A DNA stretch of 63,640 bases, counting the filler, from Atractiella rhizophila (Eukaryota), in the NCBI GenBank assembly GCA_021432655.1. It is 6 parts of 6 records of this genome, joined end to end, with 100 filler letters (N's around TTAATTAATTAA, not from the genome) between each part and the next. Parts side by side here need not be neighbours in the genome. Positions count along the whole stretch, not along the records: positions 45,206 to 53,706 come from MU271947.1; positions 53,807 to 62,397 come from MU271948.1; positions 62,498 to 63,640 come from MU272024.1; 3 more parts are not named here. One strand, given 5' to 3'. Positions within the stretch are counted from its first letter, which is position 1. The number at the start of each line of letters is the position of its first letter. The notes below the pieces were generated by a model that did not search any database, was not told the DNA's origin, and saw nothing but the letters and a program-made list of their open reading frames with translations. The position numbers were made by a program, and so were the translations under genes. Below are positions 51,377 to 63,640 of the stretch, piece after piece.

Positions 51377-53456
51377 ATGCCTGTTTTCGCCTCGATTTCC
51401 TCCTCTCGCGCCGCTTCGCAGAACGAACGTGAACGACGGCAGGATGTTGAAACCGCATGGGAGGATTACGAAAGCAGCGGTACTTCACCAAGTTGGACAA
51501 CTGAAAGCGACCGAATAGACGATAGCGACCCTGCCTTTCGTTATTCCGGTGGATGGGAGGAGGTTTGGAGTACGAGCGCTAATTACTCACAGGGCGGTTA
51601 TCATGAGACGAGTAGGAGTGGAGCGAGCGTTCGTCTCGCGTTCAACGGTCCGTAGTCCTTATTGACACTCTGCCATTTGTCCACCTAAGGTCAGTACTTG
51701 ATCCTGAATGTATGTGTTAACAGGTACCGCAATCGCACTATTTGGATCGTATGGACCGGATCATGGAGACTTCCAAGTGACGCTCGACGAGCAGTCCACG
51801 ACTTTGTCGGGATATTCAACTGTCGAGATGACGGGACAAGCCATCTTTCATACGCAGGGATTAAGTCAGGACGTCGCCCACAATTTGCAGCTAATAAATT
51901 TGGATGATGGGAAGCGGTTAGACCTAGACTCATGCGTTGTGGAGAGGTATGTGGGCGTGGGGTGTGTCCCCCTTCCTCCTGCATCATAGCTGATCAGCGC
52001 GATCTCATTGTGTTAAACCTCGTAGTCCGTCGATGAAACCTTCTTATACCACTTCCAATCCTTCAATACCAACTTCTCCTCCTCCCCCCAGCGGTTCTGG
52101 AGGATCATCGAGTGGAGGAGGTGGATCAAGTATCCAGCCAACAGGGACGACCGACAGCATCAGTCTTTCTTTAACCCCATCAAACATTGATACTGGTGTC
52201 CTTCCCCTCCCGACATCAGTAACAAACGATGGATCCGACTCCTCAGACCGTGCCGGAGTAATTGCAGGCTCAACGATAGGCAGTGTGGCTGGATTATCCC
52301 TCCTCCTTCTCCTCTGGTATCTCCATCGTCGCAAAGGATATCCGGCTTTCTACCTCCTTGGCAAGAAGGTTGGGAGGGCCCCCGTAGTCGTAGAGAAGGA
52401 CAACGAATCCCCGTCGGAGCGGGAGAGAACTGATAGCTCGCATACAGATGGAGCCAGAAGCGTCCAAGAAGTGACAGGGGTTGGTACGACCAGATTTCTA
52501 ACCTTTGAGGAAGCCCGCGCTGGAGGAGGGGGATCATTCGTCCCGATTCGCTCACCATCTCGATCGTCATCACCACTTCAAGGATCTACCCCTCTACATG
52601 GCCGATCATCCTCGGTTTCCTCTGCTCTCAGCGACCTCCGTTACGTCTCCGTTGCTGCAGGAGGGGGAGGTGGAAGTGGCGGCCCGTCGAGAAGGGAATC
52701 GTATTCTGAAGACCCTTATCTGGAGAGACGTTCCCCTGTCCTTTCGGTGAGAAATCCGGATGTGGAACCACACGAGGATGGTGCGATGGATGCTGCAGTT
52801 TCTGCAGGAGTGATTGGAAGATCGGTATTGAGAAAGCGATCATTGCCTGCTATCACCCAGGCGTACATCTATGATCCACCTTCAACTTCCGAACCCTCCA
52901 GTCCACACAGAACCACAACAACTACTCCAATACTCTACCCATCTAGAGTGTCCAAGACTCCTCCGCCGGATTTATCCTCCTTGTCCGCTCAGTTACCATC
53001 CTCTTATACCTCACCTCCAAGTAGAACCTCCTACGAGTCCAATTCTTACCCCCGCCGGCCAACGCTGGCCGCAATTCGAGAGCTCTCATCCTATCGCTCG
53101 GCGACCTCGAATACATCGGATGTCCTCAGCACTCCGGCTTCAGACGAGAACTGGGGAAGTGGATCTTCTCAGGAGAAGCTTCTGCCTACGGTTGGGAGCA
53201 CAAGCATGGAAGCCGGAAGTAGCTTAGGACACCTCGATGGTGGTGCCAGTAGGAGCCGGAACACGCACGAGAGCCAAGAGCACCTTCATGTTCCTTTCGC
53301 AGTTTCACCGGACGAAATTCAATATGTGGGATTCGGGGAGTTTCCATTTTGTGCGTGTCTACTTTTCTTTCCAACTGCCCACATCGACTAACTTGCATTT
53401 GTTACGTCCAGCCTCTCCGGGATCCAATTCTCAAAGTGGCCATTCGTCGCACTGAA
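51377..53456 (+). CDS. Single-pass membrane protein with an extracellular beta-sandwich domain, Ser/Thr stalk and disordered cytosolic tail
   Basis: IDDSDPAFRYSGGW...HET..SGASVRLAFNG|TAIALFGSYGPDHGDFQVTLD (a motif common in basidiomycete membrane proteins) and TM GVIAGSTIGSVAGLSLLLLLWYL-HRRK. Start uncertain. Confidence 0.8.
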
Positions 53457-55899
53457 TTCAATTTCACTTCTTCATGCCATTCCGATACCCAGATGTTCCG
53501 ACGTGATCATAATTTGACTATCCCATAAATGCGGATAGTGCACTTCAGACTTCAAAACATGCATTTCGTAACAATTTTTATTGCCCTGCCCTTTACTGTT
53601 CAACGTACCCATGAATCAAGAAGTGCCAGAAATGGAAATAGCTCATTCTCAATATGTAGGGGCCCCGATAACTTCGAGACGTCCTTTACAAGAGTTAAGG
53701 TATCTCNNNNNNNNNNNNNNNNNNNNNNNNNNNNNNNNNNNNNNNNNNNNTTAATTAATTAANNNNNNNNNNNNNNNNNNNNNNNNNNNNNNNNNNNNNN
53801 NNNNNNGTGGATGTCCCCGCAGATGTGGAGGATGAGGAAGGAGGGGAAGAGGCGGACGAGAGCGAGGATGAGAGCGCTAGGAGAAGCAAGATCGTTCAGG
53901 CCGCTGCAACTGAAGTTTATCATCGTCACCGAAAGAGCTCGCAGGGTAGCAGTTGAAGGAGCAAGGAGCCAGAATGCCGATTTGGTTTGGCTTTTGCCTT
54001 TTGGTTAATATTGAGATATGAGGAATGGCCACCGGCCACGGTTTGTTTCGTGCTTCAGTATCTGTGTTTCAGTGCCCAATGTTGTTGATCATGATATGGT
54101 TGAGGAGGAAAAGTTTGGAGAATTCGCTGTGTAAATTTTGTCCTTCTGCTGCCTGAATACGGCACTTTCTCAATGTAGATATTTGTCAAGCTATTGTATT
54201 GTCTTTGGACCATCGACTTTCCCAACAGAATGACACGCCTTCAGACACAGAGGAAGAATATTTCATTTACGAAGACCCATTACCCTCCTTATGTACAGGA
54301 TTTTCCACCTAAAATGTCCATCGTGCTCAATACCCGCTAGGTATGACGACTATGCCAATCCGACAACGTTAAACAGAACACAGAAAGATCCAAAGCCTAA
54401 GATACACTGATCGAGTAGAGAAAGAGAAGGGGAAGGGAAGGGGAAGGGAAAGGTGAACAAAAAGAAGAAAAAGGACTGTAGTGTTAAAACGTCGGTATTG
54501 GTATTGATCGTGAACAGTTAAAATTGATGTTCGAGGGCTTTACACCTCATTAGTTCCGTTGCATCCTCAGGGAAATGGNNNNNNNNNNNNNNNNNNNNNN
54601 NNNNNNNNNNNNNNNNNNNNNNNNNNNNNNNNNNNNNNNNNNNNNNNNNNNNNNNNNNNNNNNNNNNNNNNNNNNNNNNNNNNNNNNNNNNNNNNNNNNN
54701 NNNNNNNNNNNNNNNNNNNNNNNNNNNNNNNNNNNNNNNNNNNNNNNNNNNNNNNNNNNNNNNNNNNNNNNNNNNNNNNNNNNNNNNNNNNNNNNNNNNN
54801 NNNNNNNNNNNNNNNNNNNNNNNNNNNNNNNNNNNNNNNNNNNNNNNNNNNNNNNNNNNNNNNNNNNNNNNNNNNNNNNNNNNNNNNNNNNNNNNNNNNN
54901 NNNNNNNNNNNNNNNNNNNNNNNNNNNNNNNNNNNNNNNNNNNNNNNNNNNNNNNNNNNNNNNNNNNNNNNNNNNNNNNNNNNNNNNNNNNNNNNNNNNN
55001 NNNNNNNNNNNNNNNNNNNNNNNNNNNNNNNNNNNNNNNNNNNNNNNNNNNNNNNNNNNNNNNNNNNNNNNNNNNNNNNNNNNNNNNNNNNNNNNNNNNN
55101 NNNNNNNNNNNNNNNNNNNNNNNNNNNNNNNNNNNNNNNNNNNNNNNNNNNNNNNNNNNNNNNNNNNNNNNNNNNNNNNNNNNNNNNNNNNNNNNNNNNN
55201 NNNNNNNNNNNNNNNNNNNNNNNNNNNNNNNNNNNNNNNNNNNNNNNNNNNNNNNNNNNNNNNNNNNNNNNNNNNNNNNNNNNNNNNNNNNNNNNNNNNN
55301 NNNNNNNNNNNNNGGAAAACAGGTTAGTTGGGGTCGTTCGTTTGAAACACAGTGGTAATATAAATAAGAGGAAGTTTAAGCGCCAACATGCTCATCGCAA
55401 TGCATGCCGAAAGATGGATATACTAACACAAACCTGATCCTAAGTCCGTAGCATGATGCCAACTGCCCGTTGTAATTAGCCGCAGAAGACATCGACGTCC
55501 AAATATGCATTTATGAGACAGACAGATGTGGCGAGGTCTCGTCACAAGAGAATTTTCCGCTCAGTTTACCAGAAAGTGTCTCCTTCCCCATCAATACGCT
55601 CTGGGAGTTCGTTGCATAAGCCACATATGCACTGATGCAGCGTTCTAACATTGGATGTTACTTGAATAGGGGCATTTAAAGTGACATGATAAGTTTGATG
55701 TCCAACCCTAAGTCAAGGTACAGAAGCTGTGCACTTCAGAGCTATGCCTAGTTCCGCGGTTCTCCCCCTAAGCATTGTTCTCTCTAACAACAGTGCAATT
55801 ATTCATCATTGTATTTGATGGAATGGCAATGCATAGCGAAGGACGAGAAGACTCGTCGTATACCGATATAACCTGGGAGGGAAGAGAAAGAATAGCCTG

Positions 55900-56654
55900 A
55901 TACGAACGAAGGCTAGATAGGGTTACAGGACAAGGCACAGAATGGGCAGCTATTCAAATCACCCACATCCCCTGGTCCGCAAAGTCCGTAGAACTAGAGA
56001 TCATGGGACTTATGCTCTTCTGAGCTCACGCTTTGGAGAGACAAAGGGAGATGAGCACTCGTGCATCACATCTCGAGGAACGTCTGGCTCAGTAGATAGC
56101 TCCAAGACAACCCGCAGGGGAATTGTTCCACTCCGATGCAACACCAACGCAACACAGCAACCATGTCAAACCCAAAAGAAACAACGTACCCTCATACCGA
56201 TTCGCCCACTGACGCTTCGGATTCTTCTTCGGGTCCTTCACATGGACCAGCCCATACCTAATCGCCCACTTTGGCGTCCTCGCCCTGTTCTTATTGTTCC
56301 TGATGTTCTGGAGGTAGAAGTTGTGGAAGTGGCCGGGGAAGTAGCCGCAGAGTGTGAGGATGATGTTGAGGAAGAAATCCTTGCCGACTCCGAATCGGAC
56401 GAGGACGGCGAGCGGTGGCGCGAACCAGCCGCAGACTATGACTATGGAGCTGCACCATAGACGCATTCGATTCAACCCATCTTTAAGGAAGAGAAGAGGA
56501 GAAGGATGAACGGACTAGAAGAGGATAGAGGCCTTCTTGTGTTTGACGGTATGAGTGAGATCCTTCTTCGAGGGGGCCTTTCATAATACACGGTCAGCTT
56601 ACTAGCACTGCAATAATAAAAGAATAAGAGAATGCATGCCTTAATTTTGACCAT
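55900..56654 (-). CDS. Pmp3/YqaE (UPF0057) family proteolipid with C-terminal extension; 3' end uncertain
   Basis: APPLAVLVRFGVGKDFFLNIILTLCGYFPGHFHNFYLQNIRNN. The reconstructed start MVKIK|APSKKDLTHTVKHKKASILFY|SIVIV uses a GC-AG intron (56578-56639) and a GT-AG intron. Confidence 0.8.
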
Positions 56655-57445
56655 GTTCGCAACCGCGAGTGCGCCTCGCCTCCAGAGCTACAGTAAGTTA
56701 TGAGCGGACGGTCCCTCGGATGCTGTCCGCTGGCCGGGTTGCGAGCTGCGAATGTGCGAGCGGGAAGCTGTGTCTTAGCGTGACAAAGAAGTAAAGACTG
56801 CCGTGTGATAGAGGCTGAGTGAGAAGTGCGAGTGCAGGTCAACGCAATCGATTTCAGGTCTTTGTTGGTTCCGTCGGGTTACACTTAGTGTCGGAATAGT
56901 GATGGAATAACTAGAGAGGACTAACAAAGCCGTTGCAGTCTCATAATAAATCTGTTTCCTCCAGCAGAACTGAAGCAGACCCGCATCGTTCGTAAGATCG
57001 TTATTGCATTCTCTCTGTGAGCTTAACAGCGTGCGCAATTTTCAGAGGGTATTATCTTGTGAGCCTTTCTTTCTGTGCTTGGATAGGTCAACTGTTCGAA
57101 CCATTTTCACGGCGAAAGGTCTATAAGGCTTGAGATTTTCACACTTTAATTTAGTGTTGGGAAGTGTCATTTGTGATGCATGTTCCAATTCTTTCGAATA
57201 GTCTAGCAAAAGATATAAAGCCGTCAATGATTTCAAACTAGACATCAGCTGCACGTCTGTCTGCAATTCATCCAAACAAATCCAACATAGTTTCTGAGTT
57301 CTCTTTCAGCTGTGAGAGCTGTTGAATTCAGCAATTTACAGACCTGTCAAGTATGACAAGTGAATCAGGAATGCGATGAACACGATAAATACGTAGCCTG
57401 CCTACGAGAGAACCTAACACGGTGACTTAGCTCCCAACTCTAGAC

Positions 57446-59028
57446 ATGCAGTCACATCAGCACGAAGGAGTGCCAATTTTCCATTTCTATCAATACGACC
57501 GAGACGACGACGTCGACTTACACACTGCAGAGCGACATCCGCTTTCAGAGTCTCCTTACGAACAAGTCGTTCTGAGCTGGACCCAGTCCTTTGCTATATC
57601 CACTTCCGTAGAAAAGATATATCTACACCTCTTGGCTTCGGATTGGGATGGAGAGTGCGAACGACAACATGTGGTTGATGTGTCAACCCATGCATCTTCC
57701 CTCCATATCTACTACGCAGGATATAAGGAGCAGAAACGAACGACAGACGTGGTGATACTTGGCCCACTCAGAGTCTTCATCGCTGACTCTCAGCTTCAAC
57801 ATCAAGTGGTTCGTACTTTCCAAGCCAGTGTCACGCGTACATCTGGAGCCCTATCCATTGATCCTGACGATTTTGCTTTCATCCCCTCCGGATGGAGGAC
57901 TTCTGCTATCTTTCAACTTTCCACGAAAACCTCCGAACCCCTTTTTGACAGATTACCACTTGAAACTTTGGACAAGATCCTCGAATCGGTATTAGAGCAC
58001 GAAGAGGGATACGAACTTTGTACCACGACTTGCTCTGCGTGGAAGGAACGTGCGCTGATATTGATGGTCGAACCTTCCAACGGCCAGCTCAAGTTGAGGC
58101 ATCTAACCTCTTTTCCTCAAATCATGAAATCATGGATCAGCTCAACTTCTTGTCTGAAGATGTAGAAGCTGGAGTGGATTTCCGACGTCTCGTCTATGCA
58201 ACTCTGGATTTCCAACCAGCAGTCACAGAGATCGAACTTGATTGTCCTCCTTCTTTGAGAGAACAAGAGGCCCTAGGTTTGTTGGAAGGATTGGGCACCA
58301 TTAGTCGCCCTGGACTTTCCAATTGGCCTCAAACGACCCTCGAGAGCTTTTTACGGAACACTAAATCATGGGACACTTTCGAGACACTTCATCTGACGAG
58401 CACTGATCGAGCGCTGATATTACGACAGGAAATCAATGCCGTGCCGACTTTCAGACCTGGACCATCCGAACTCACTCTCCTCGTCTTGAACAACCTTCAC
58501 ATCACACCCATCATCGCCTCCCTATTGGACGCTCCAAATCTCAAAGACCTCACGCTTGAAAATTGTTTGCCTTTTGACCTGGCGGCACATTCGCGACATC
58601 CAAATATCACCAATTTCGTCTTCCGCTTCTCCGATCCATCCAACAAAATAGGTCGCTTTGAATTTCGGCACGCTCTCATCCTCTCCCGCCCACTGAACCT
58701 CTCCGTCTTTCCCAATCTCACAGATTTAGTCATCGAAGGAGGACACGAAAACAGCGGCGTCCTCCCCACCGATACATTTCAAACACCGGTGCTCCTCCGC
58801 TTGGTGAATTTGAAGGAACTCGAGCTCCGCTTCTGTTCGTTGGAATTCGATGGCTTCATACCTCTCATTGAACGGCTTTTGCCTAGAGAAGTGATGGTTT
58901 GGGTTCACCTCTTTTTTGGCGAATGGACCAACTTGGACGTACAGACGGCCGCCGTAAGAGCTGGCGAACTTGGTGGTAATAATTTGGATGATTATGAGAG
59001 ACCATACTTTTACTTGGGTGGTAAATAG
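57446..59028 (+). pseudogene. F-box-like / LRR-like protein with an apparent frameshift
   Basis: FDRLPLETLDKILESV...CSAWKERA (F-box-like) in ORF 57446 and LxxLxL repeats (LKDLTLENC, LTDLVI, LKELELRFC) in overlapping ORF 58018. No clear intron reconciles the frames. Confidence 0.55.
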
Positions 59029-60368
59029 AAACCTTGCAATAAATTTGACAAAATTGTGTCTTTCAGATCGTCTCTTTCGTTCACAAAAGGGTATCCTTTG
59101 GACGAGCATCCAAACCAACATTGAAATTTCATGACCAGTATTTCTACCTTGAATATTGAATAGCACAAGACATGAAATACATTTGACAACGCGGGAGCGG
59201 CTACGAATGGGATGAAAGTGTCGAGACTGGAAGATCATGAAGAAAATCATGGCCGGTTTTGAAAATGACGTGTGCCACGAAATTCGTACACGTCAAAAAC
59301 CTCTTGGAAGAATGCAAGGAGCGTACGATAGTTAAGATTGCGACTCTGAAGAATGTCGGGGCTTGTTCCACGTACTAAACACACCATAGAAAGCAAAGTC
59401 GAAAACATGATCAGCAGATCGCCAGATATACCCAGAATCGCCTTGTAAGTCTTTTGACAATTAAACAAGACCGAAAGCATTGAATGTTGTGCCAACTGTC
59501 GTCGTCGTCTGTTCTCATTCCGCTTCCCAAACAACACTGAAACAACGGGGCAACGGGGCAGCCTGCATGTTCTGTTCTAACAAAAGTTTCATCTTCAATC
59601 TTGCTACAAAGTGTCGAGGCAAAAAATATTCGACTATTGGACAAATCATAGAAAGAAACAACTTTGTATTTCATGCAGAATATGTGGTCGCAAAGTTTTG
59701 GCAATCTCAAGTAAACAGGCCAGTCAGAGCCTCACTGATGTTGAAGACACATCTGATTGTGGTGAACTTCAGGACAAGCTTTGAATACACAACAGGAGTT
59801 CAGCACTAGTCAGCGCTTGTTTCAAGGCAGAAAAGTCATCAATGAAGTCTAAGATGCGGCAAGCTCCTTGAGCGCTTGAGCAGAAACCGTTAGAGTAGCC
59901 TTCTTGCTGCAGCTGGAGCTACTCAGGGGTGACAAGAGATCGTAAACTTACCGTTTTCAAATCATCCCCCTTTCACTCGAACTTGCGCCGTTCGGTCATG
60001 GACATGCCAGAGGAAAAGCAGGAGGTATCTGTCCTGACGTTACAACTTAGACCGGAACCCAATGCTTCTCGATTTGAAGAAGCTCGACGCTCCGATTCTG
60101 TGCGGTTGAATTCGACGGTAACTTTGATTGCGTGTGCGGTCGTTAGCAACATCCTACAAAAAGGAGCACACGCAATCAAAGATTCAATATTCGTGCGCTT
60201 CTCCGCCGGCGCTTCATAAGCTTCACATCTGCTCCGAAATTCAATGTTTTCTGAATGTTTTCAACGCTCAGCTCAAGCGGGCCGCATCAAGTGCCTGGTT
60301 GTGAAAAAGAGCAAAAATAAATCGAGTACAGCTGTAGTCTCTAGTTCTCCTCTGATCCTCCAGTCAAA

Positions 60369-62397
60369 ATGTCATCGGTTCTCTCATTTCTGCTTCTTCC
60401 TCCGTCGCCTGACACTTCCTTGCCTGAGTCGGGGGACTTACGGCCCATCCTCCACCGCTTCAGCTCCCTCTTGCCCTCTCCCCTCCGCAAACTCCTACGG
60501 CATCCCTTCCTCGCATCCCTCCGCTCCCGCCTGCTCTACCTCCTCGCAACCATGCTACGCTCCCAAGGCCTCCTCGCCTCAAACATACTGTACGACCTCG
60601 CCATCTCCCTCCTCCAGCTCATCGTCCACCTCTTCTTCCGCGAAGTCCGATCGAGAGGCTCACACAATATCCCAACAGATGGACCGACCATTTTCTGCGC
60701 CGGACCGCATCATAATCAGTTCTTGGACCCCCTTATCCTCGCGAGTGTGGTGAGGGAGAGGTCAGGGAGGAGAGTTAGCTTCTTGATTGCGGAAAAGAGC
60801 TGGAAGAGGGCATTCGTGGGAACCATGTCCATGTTGTTGAAGAGTAGTACGTACATTCTTCTTTATATGTCCATGGGAATTGGGGATGTGAGATTGTGAG
60901 CTTGAGCTTCTTTTGGTTGATTCAATGTTCCCGCAACAAAGTGCACAACACATATAGCTTCGAGGTTGTGCAACTGATATAGGCTTTGGCCGACTTTACA
61001 GTTTATTCCATTCGTTACGGCGAAACTTTCATGTCCTCTTTTGCCGTCTTTGCCGCGCTTGGATGGCTGTGGTTGCATAACTGGAACGGGATTGGCCATA
61101 CACCAAGGGCAAACCAATGCACATTGCATGTCAACTGACAGCGTTGGGAAACGAACACTGTGATGTTTCGCGGTTAATCTGTGTGACAACACTTTGCATT
61201 GATTAGTTTGTCATCTATGGAGCTGGAAGGAGGTTAACAGCTTATCTGGCGAGGTTAAGGTTATGCTGTTATGACGTTCTGTAGTGTTGTCCTTAAATCT
61301 TAATTTCTAGTTCCTCTGTGATATTGCGCACCTTGTTGGGGTTGGGTGGGATATTGGACTGGGATCCTGGTGGAAGGAGAAGAGCACACGATCCTATCTC
61401 ATCTTACAATCCTGCACCATGGCCTCTCTCTCCTCCAGCGTACTCGCGACCAACGTGATGTACGACCTCTCTCTCGGTGCATTTGGTCTCATCGTCCACG
61501 TCTTCTTTCGAGAAGTGAGGACGAGGGGCGCGCACAACATCCCCAAAGAAGGTCCCATCATCTTTGCGGCCGGCCCGCACGCCAATCAGTTCCTCGACTT
61601 GATCCTCGCTTTGGTGGTCAGAGAGGCTTCGGGCAGGAGAGTCAGCTTTTTGGTTGCTGAGCATAGCATGAAGAGGCAGTTTATAGGACTTGGAGCCAGC
61701 ATCTTTAAGAGCAGTATGTGTCTTGATTGTCCGTTTGGATTGAGAGATGGGATGGACATTGTGCAGTGTAGAGTGGTTGGGGAGCTCAACAACGGGATTC
61801 CCCTGTCCTGCGTCCATCTATGTTATATTTTATTTTTCTTTCTGCATTTTCGCGACCAATCCTGTTCCATTTTCGTAGCTGATACTTGTGGTGAACAATG
61901 CTACCTTGCAATTGCACGGTCGTACTTGTCCCACAATTTTGGATGGAGATACCGGAGAGGTTCTCGAGAATGACTTTCATACATTCGAAGAGATATCGTT
62001 GAGCTTCTCCCCTGGAGGAAGAAAACATGGGATTAAATCGAGTTGTTCTTTCGCGAGTTGCAGCGACGTTCATTCAATTGTCGACGCTGTCCACTTTCTC
62101 TTTCTAGCTTAGGAACCCAATCCTAGCGAGCACCGATGACGAAACACCATTCACTATGGATTATCATCGCTGACCCCAAGTCCGTCAGCTCTGGTTTCGC
62201 ACGAAACCGTTCTGTACGGTTTGGAGCAAGAAGATCTTCGAACAGAAATCTGATTGGTGCTCGCTTACTCCCTTTGATTTCTATTCTCAAGGACACCACT
62301 AACATATTTCTTATCGTACAGTTCCTGTTGCGAGAGCAGCCGACAATGCAGTGAAGGGTGCTGGAACGTTGTACATGAAATCGTCGGATGAAGGAAC
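60369..62397 (+). CDS. SCT1: Glycerol-3-phosphate/DHAP sn-1 acyltransferase (SCT1/GPT2 family) with two candidate first exons (60369-60846 and 61419-61713) and a shared exon from 62322; continues into a gap
   Basis: FFREVR.RG.HNIP..GP.IF.AGPH.NQFLD and RRVSFL.AE.S.KR occur in both exons. Donors GTACGT (60847) and GTATGT (61714) are both phase 1. The acceptor CTAAC...TACAG|TT CCT GTT GCG AGA gives IPVARAAD. Confidence 0.9.
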
Positions 62398-62497
62398 NNN
62401 NNNNNNNNNNNNNNNNNNNNNNNNNNNNNNNNNNNNNNNNNTTAATTAATTAANNNNNNNNNNNNNNNNNNNNNNNNNNNNNNNNNNNNNNNNNNNN

Positions 62498-63640
62498 ACT
62501 GATAGGAGTGGACATACATTGTCCTCAAATTCTTTGGAATCTGTACCAATCCATGTCATCAACGAGCTCACCATCGAACACATTAGGCAAAGATAAGCGC
62601 AACAAAAAGAACATACAGCAGCCAAAGCACTGGACCAATTTCCCGGATCCTTCTTCAAGCTTTCCAGTACCTTCTTCTCAGCGACGGCTCTGGAGGGCAT
62701 GCTCTCCCAAGCTTCCTTAATCTTCCCTTCAGAGTAAAGAACCCGCGCAAAGGCGATATCTTGGGGTTCCTCATGAGTTCTTGGGTCAAGAACCAGGGCA
62801 CAGGCTTCACGCCATTTTGACTGGAGTAACAGATGCCCCATTCGATGCGTGGGAACTGTCGATGTGCCGAATCGTTGTAGCCCTGTTAAAATTGGGCTAC
62901 ATGTTATCCGCCAATGTAGTTGAAGGGCGGGTGTCATACCAAAATAGTTTATGAATCCTGTGGAGGCAAGATGCTCGATGTTGCGGGACACCTGTTCTTG
63001 TGAGTCGAACTTCACGTCCCTGTCATAGCGATGATCAGGTAAGTGTTCAGTAAAGAGCATACAAAATTGGACATACCTAAGGGTGATACAAAATCTATTG
63101 CCCTGGCCGCTAGCCAGATCAAGTTCCTTGTTACTCCATTCGATGTCGCCGATGACCAACTCCTTGCCTCCACTGTCCATTTTCTCCCCACTCTCTTTCA
63201 TCCGTTTCCAAACAGCTTGCAGACCGCCAGACCATCTGGCGCGCTTGACATCCATGCAAACCCGTTGAACCGTCACACCACGCTTATCTTTCGTTCCAGC
63301 CACGGACAGAGCCTGGTGTGGAACTCTGAGGATCCGAGAGATGAGCTGAAGCGAGTCATGTGTCTCTCGATTCGTCTTATGCAATGTAAAATGGATGTAA
63401 GGTAGCGTCGTCGCGGTTGCATAGCGAAGGTGCTTTTTGCCTGATCGCAAAGCAATCAATTCGCATGAGCCCAAGAGAGAGGAAAGATAGAATAAGCATG
63501 TATGGTCTCAAATTTAATGCCTTCTCTTGGATTCCTTATAATAGTGAAGACACAGGTAAGAGGACCATTGAATAATGTGGCGTCATTGGATTGCGAGCTG
63601 TCTGTGGAACGGAAGACATCCCGCCTTTAATCGACGCAAG
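62498..63640 (-). CDS. PUS7: TruD-family pseudouridine synthase (internal exons; both ends outside the visible sequence)
   Basis: YIHFTLHKTNRET, catalytic AGTKDKRGVTVQ, GNRFCITLR, GFINYFG|LQRFG; short introns are read through in the ORF track. Confidence 0.92.

Noticed and set aside
54559..55437. Long ORFs across the N block
   Set aside because: Made almost entirely of gap characters.

Overview
This is fungal, probably basidiomycete, genomic DNA (lineage inferred from 50-80 nt introns and protein motif flavour), joined from several contigs. The N-run/TTAATTAATTAA spacers are assembly linkers. The left ~45 kb is a nested transposon graveyard: Helitron-like elements carrying several tandem-repeat arrays, two complete ~100-150 bp mini-Helitrons, Gypsy-type LTRs (one solo LTR with a perfect 5-bp TSD), a hAT MITE, hAT and CACTA/Tnp2 transposase relics, a long-TIR foldback element and a Helitron PIF1 helicase relic. 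Truncated or decayed host genes lie among them (PDR ABC transporter, GH55, DUF4246, divergent cullin, bZIP). The right ~18 kb is a compact block of mostly intact genes: FEX fluoride exporter, CTK2/cyclin-K-like cyclin, mitochondrial uL4, a single-pass membrane protein, a Pmp3-family protein, an SCT1/GPT2-type glycerol-3-phosphate acyltransferase and PUS7. The most striking observation is in the acyltransferase gene. It has two tandem, diverged but intact versions of its first coding exon, each with the catalytic HxxxxD motif and each ending in a phase-1 donor at the same codon, upstream of one shared exon. This suggests one gene making two catalytically distinct enzymes through alternative first exons. 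All calls come from reading the sequence by eye; no database searches were run.
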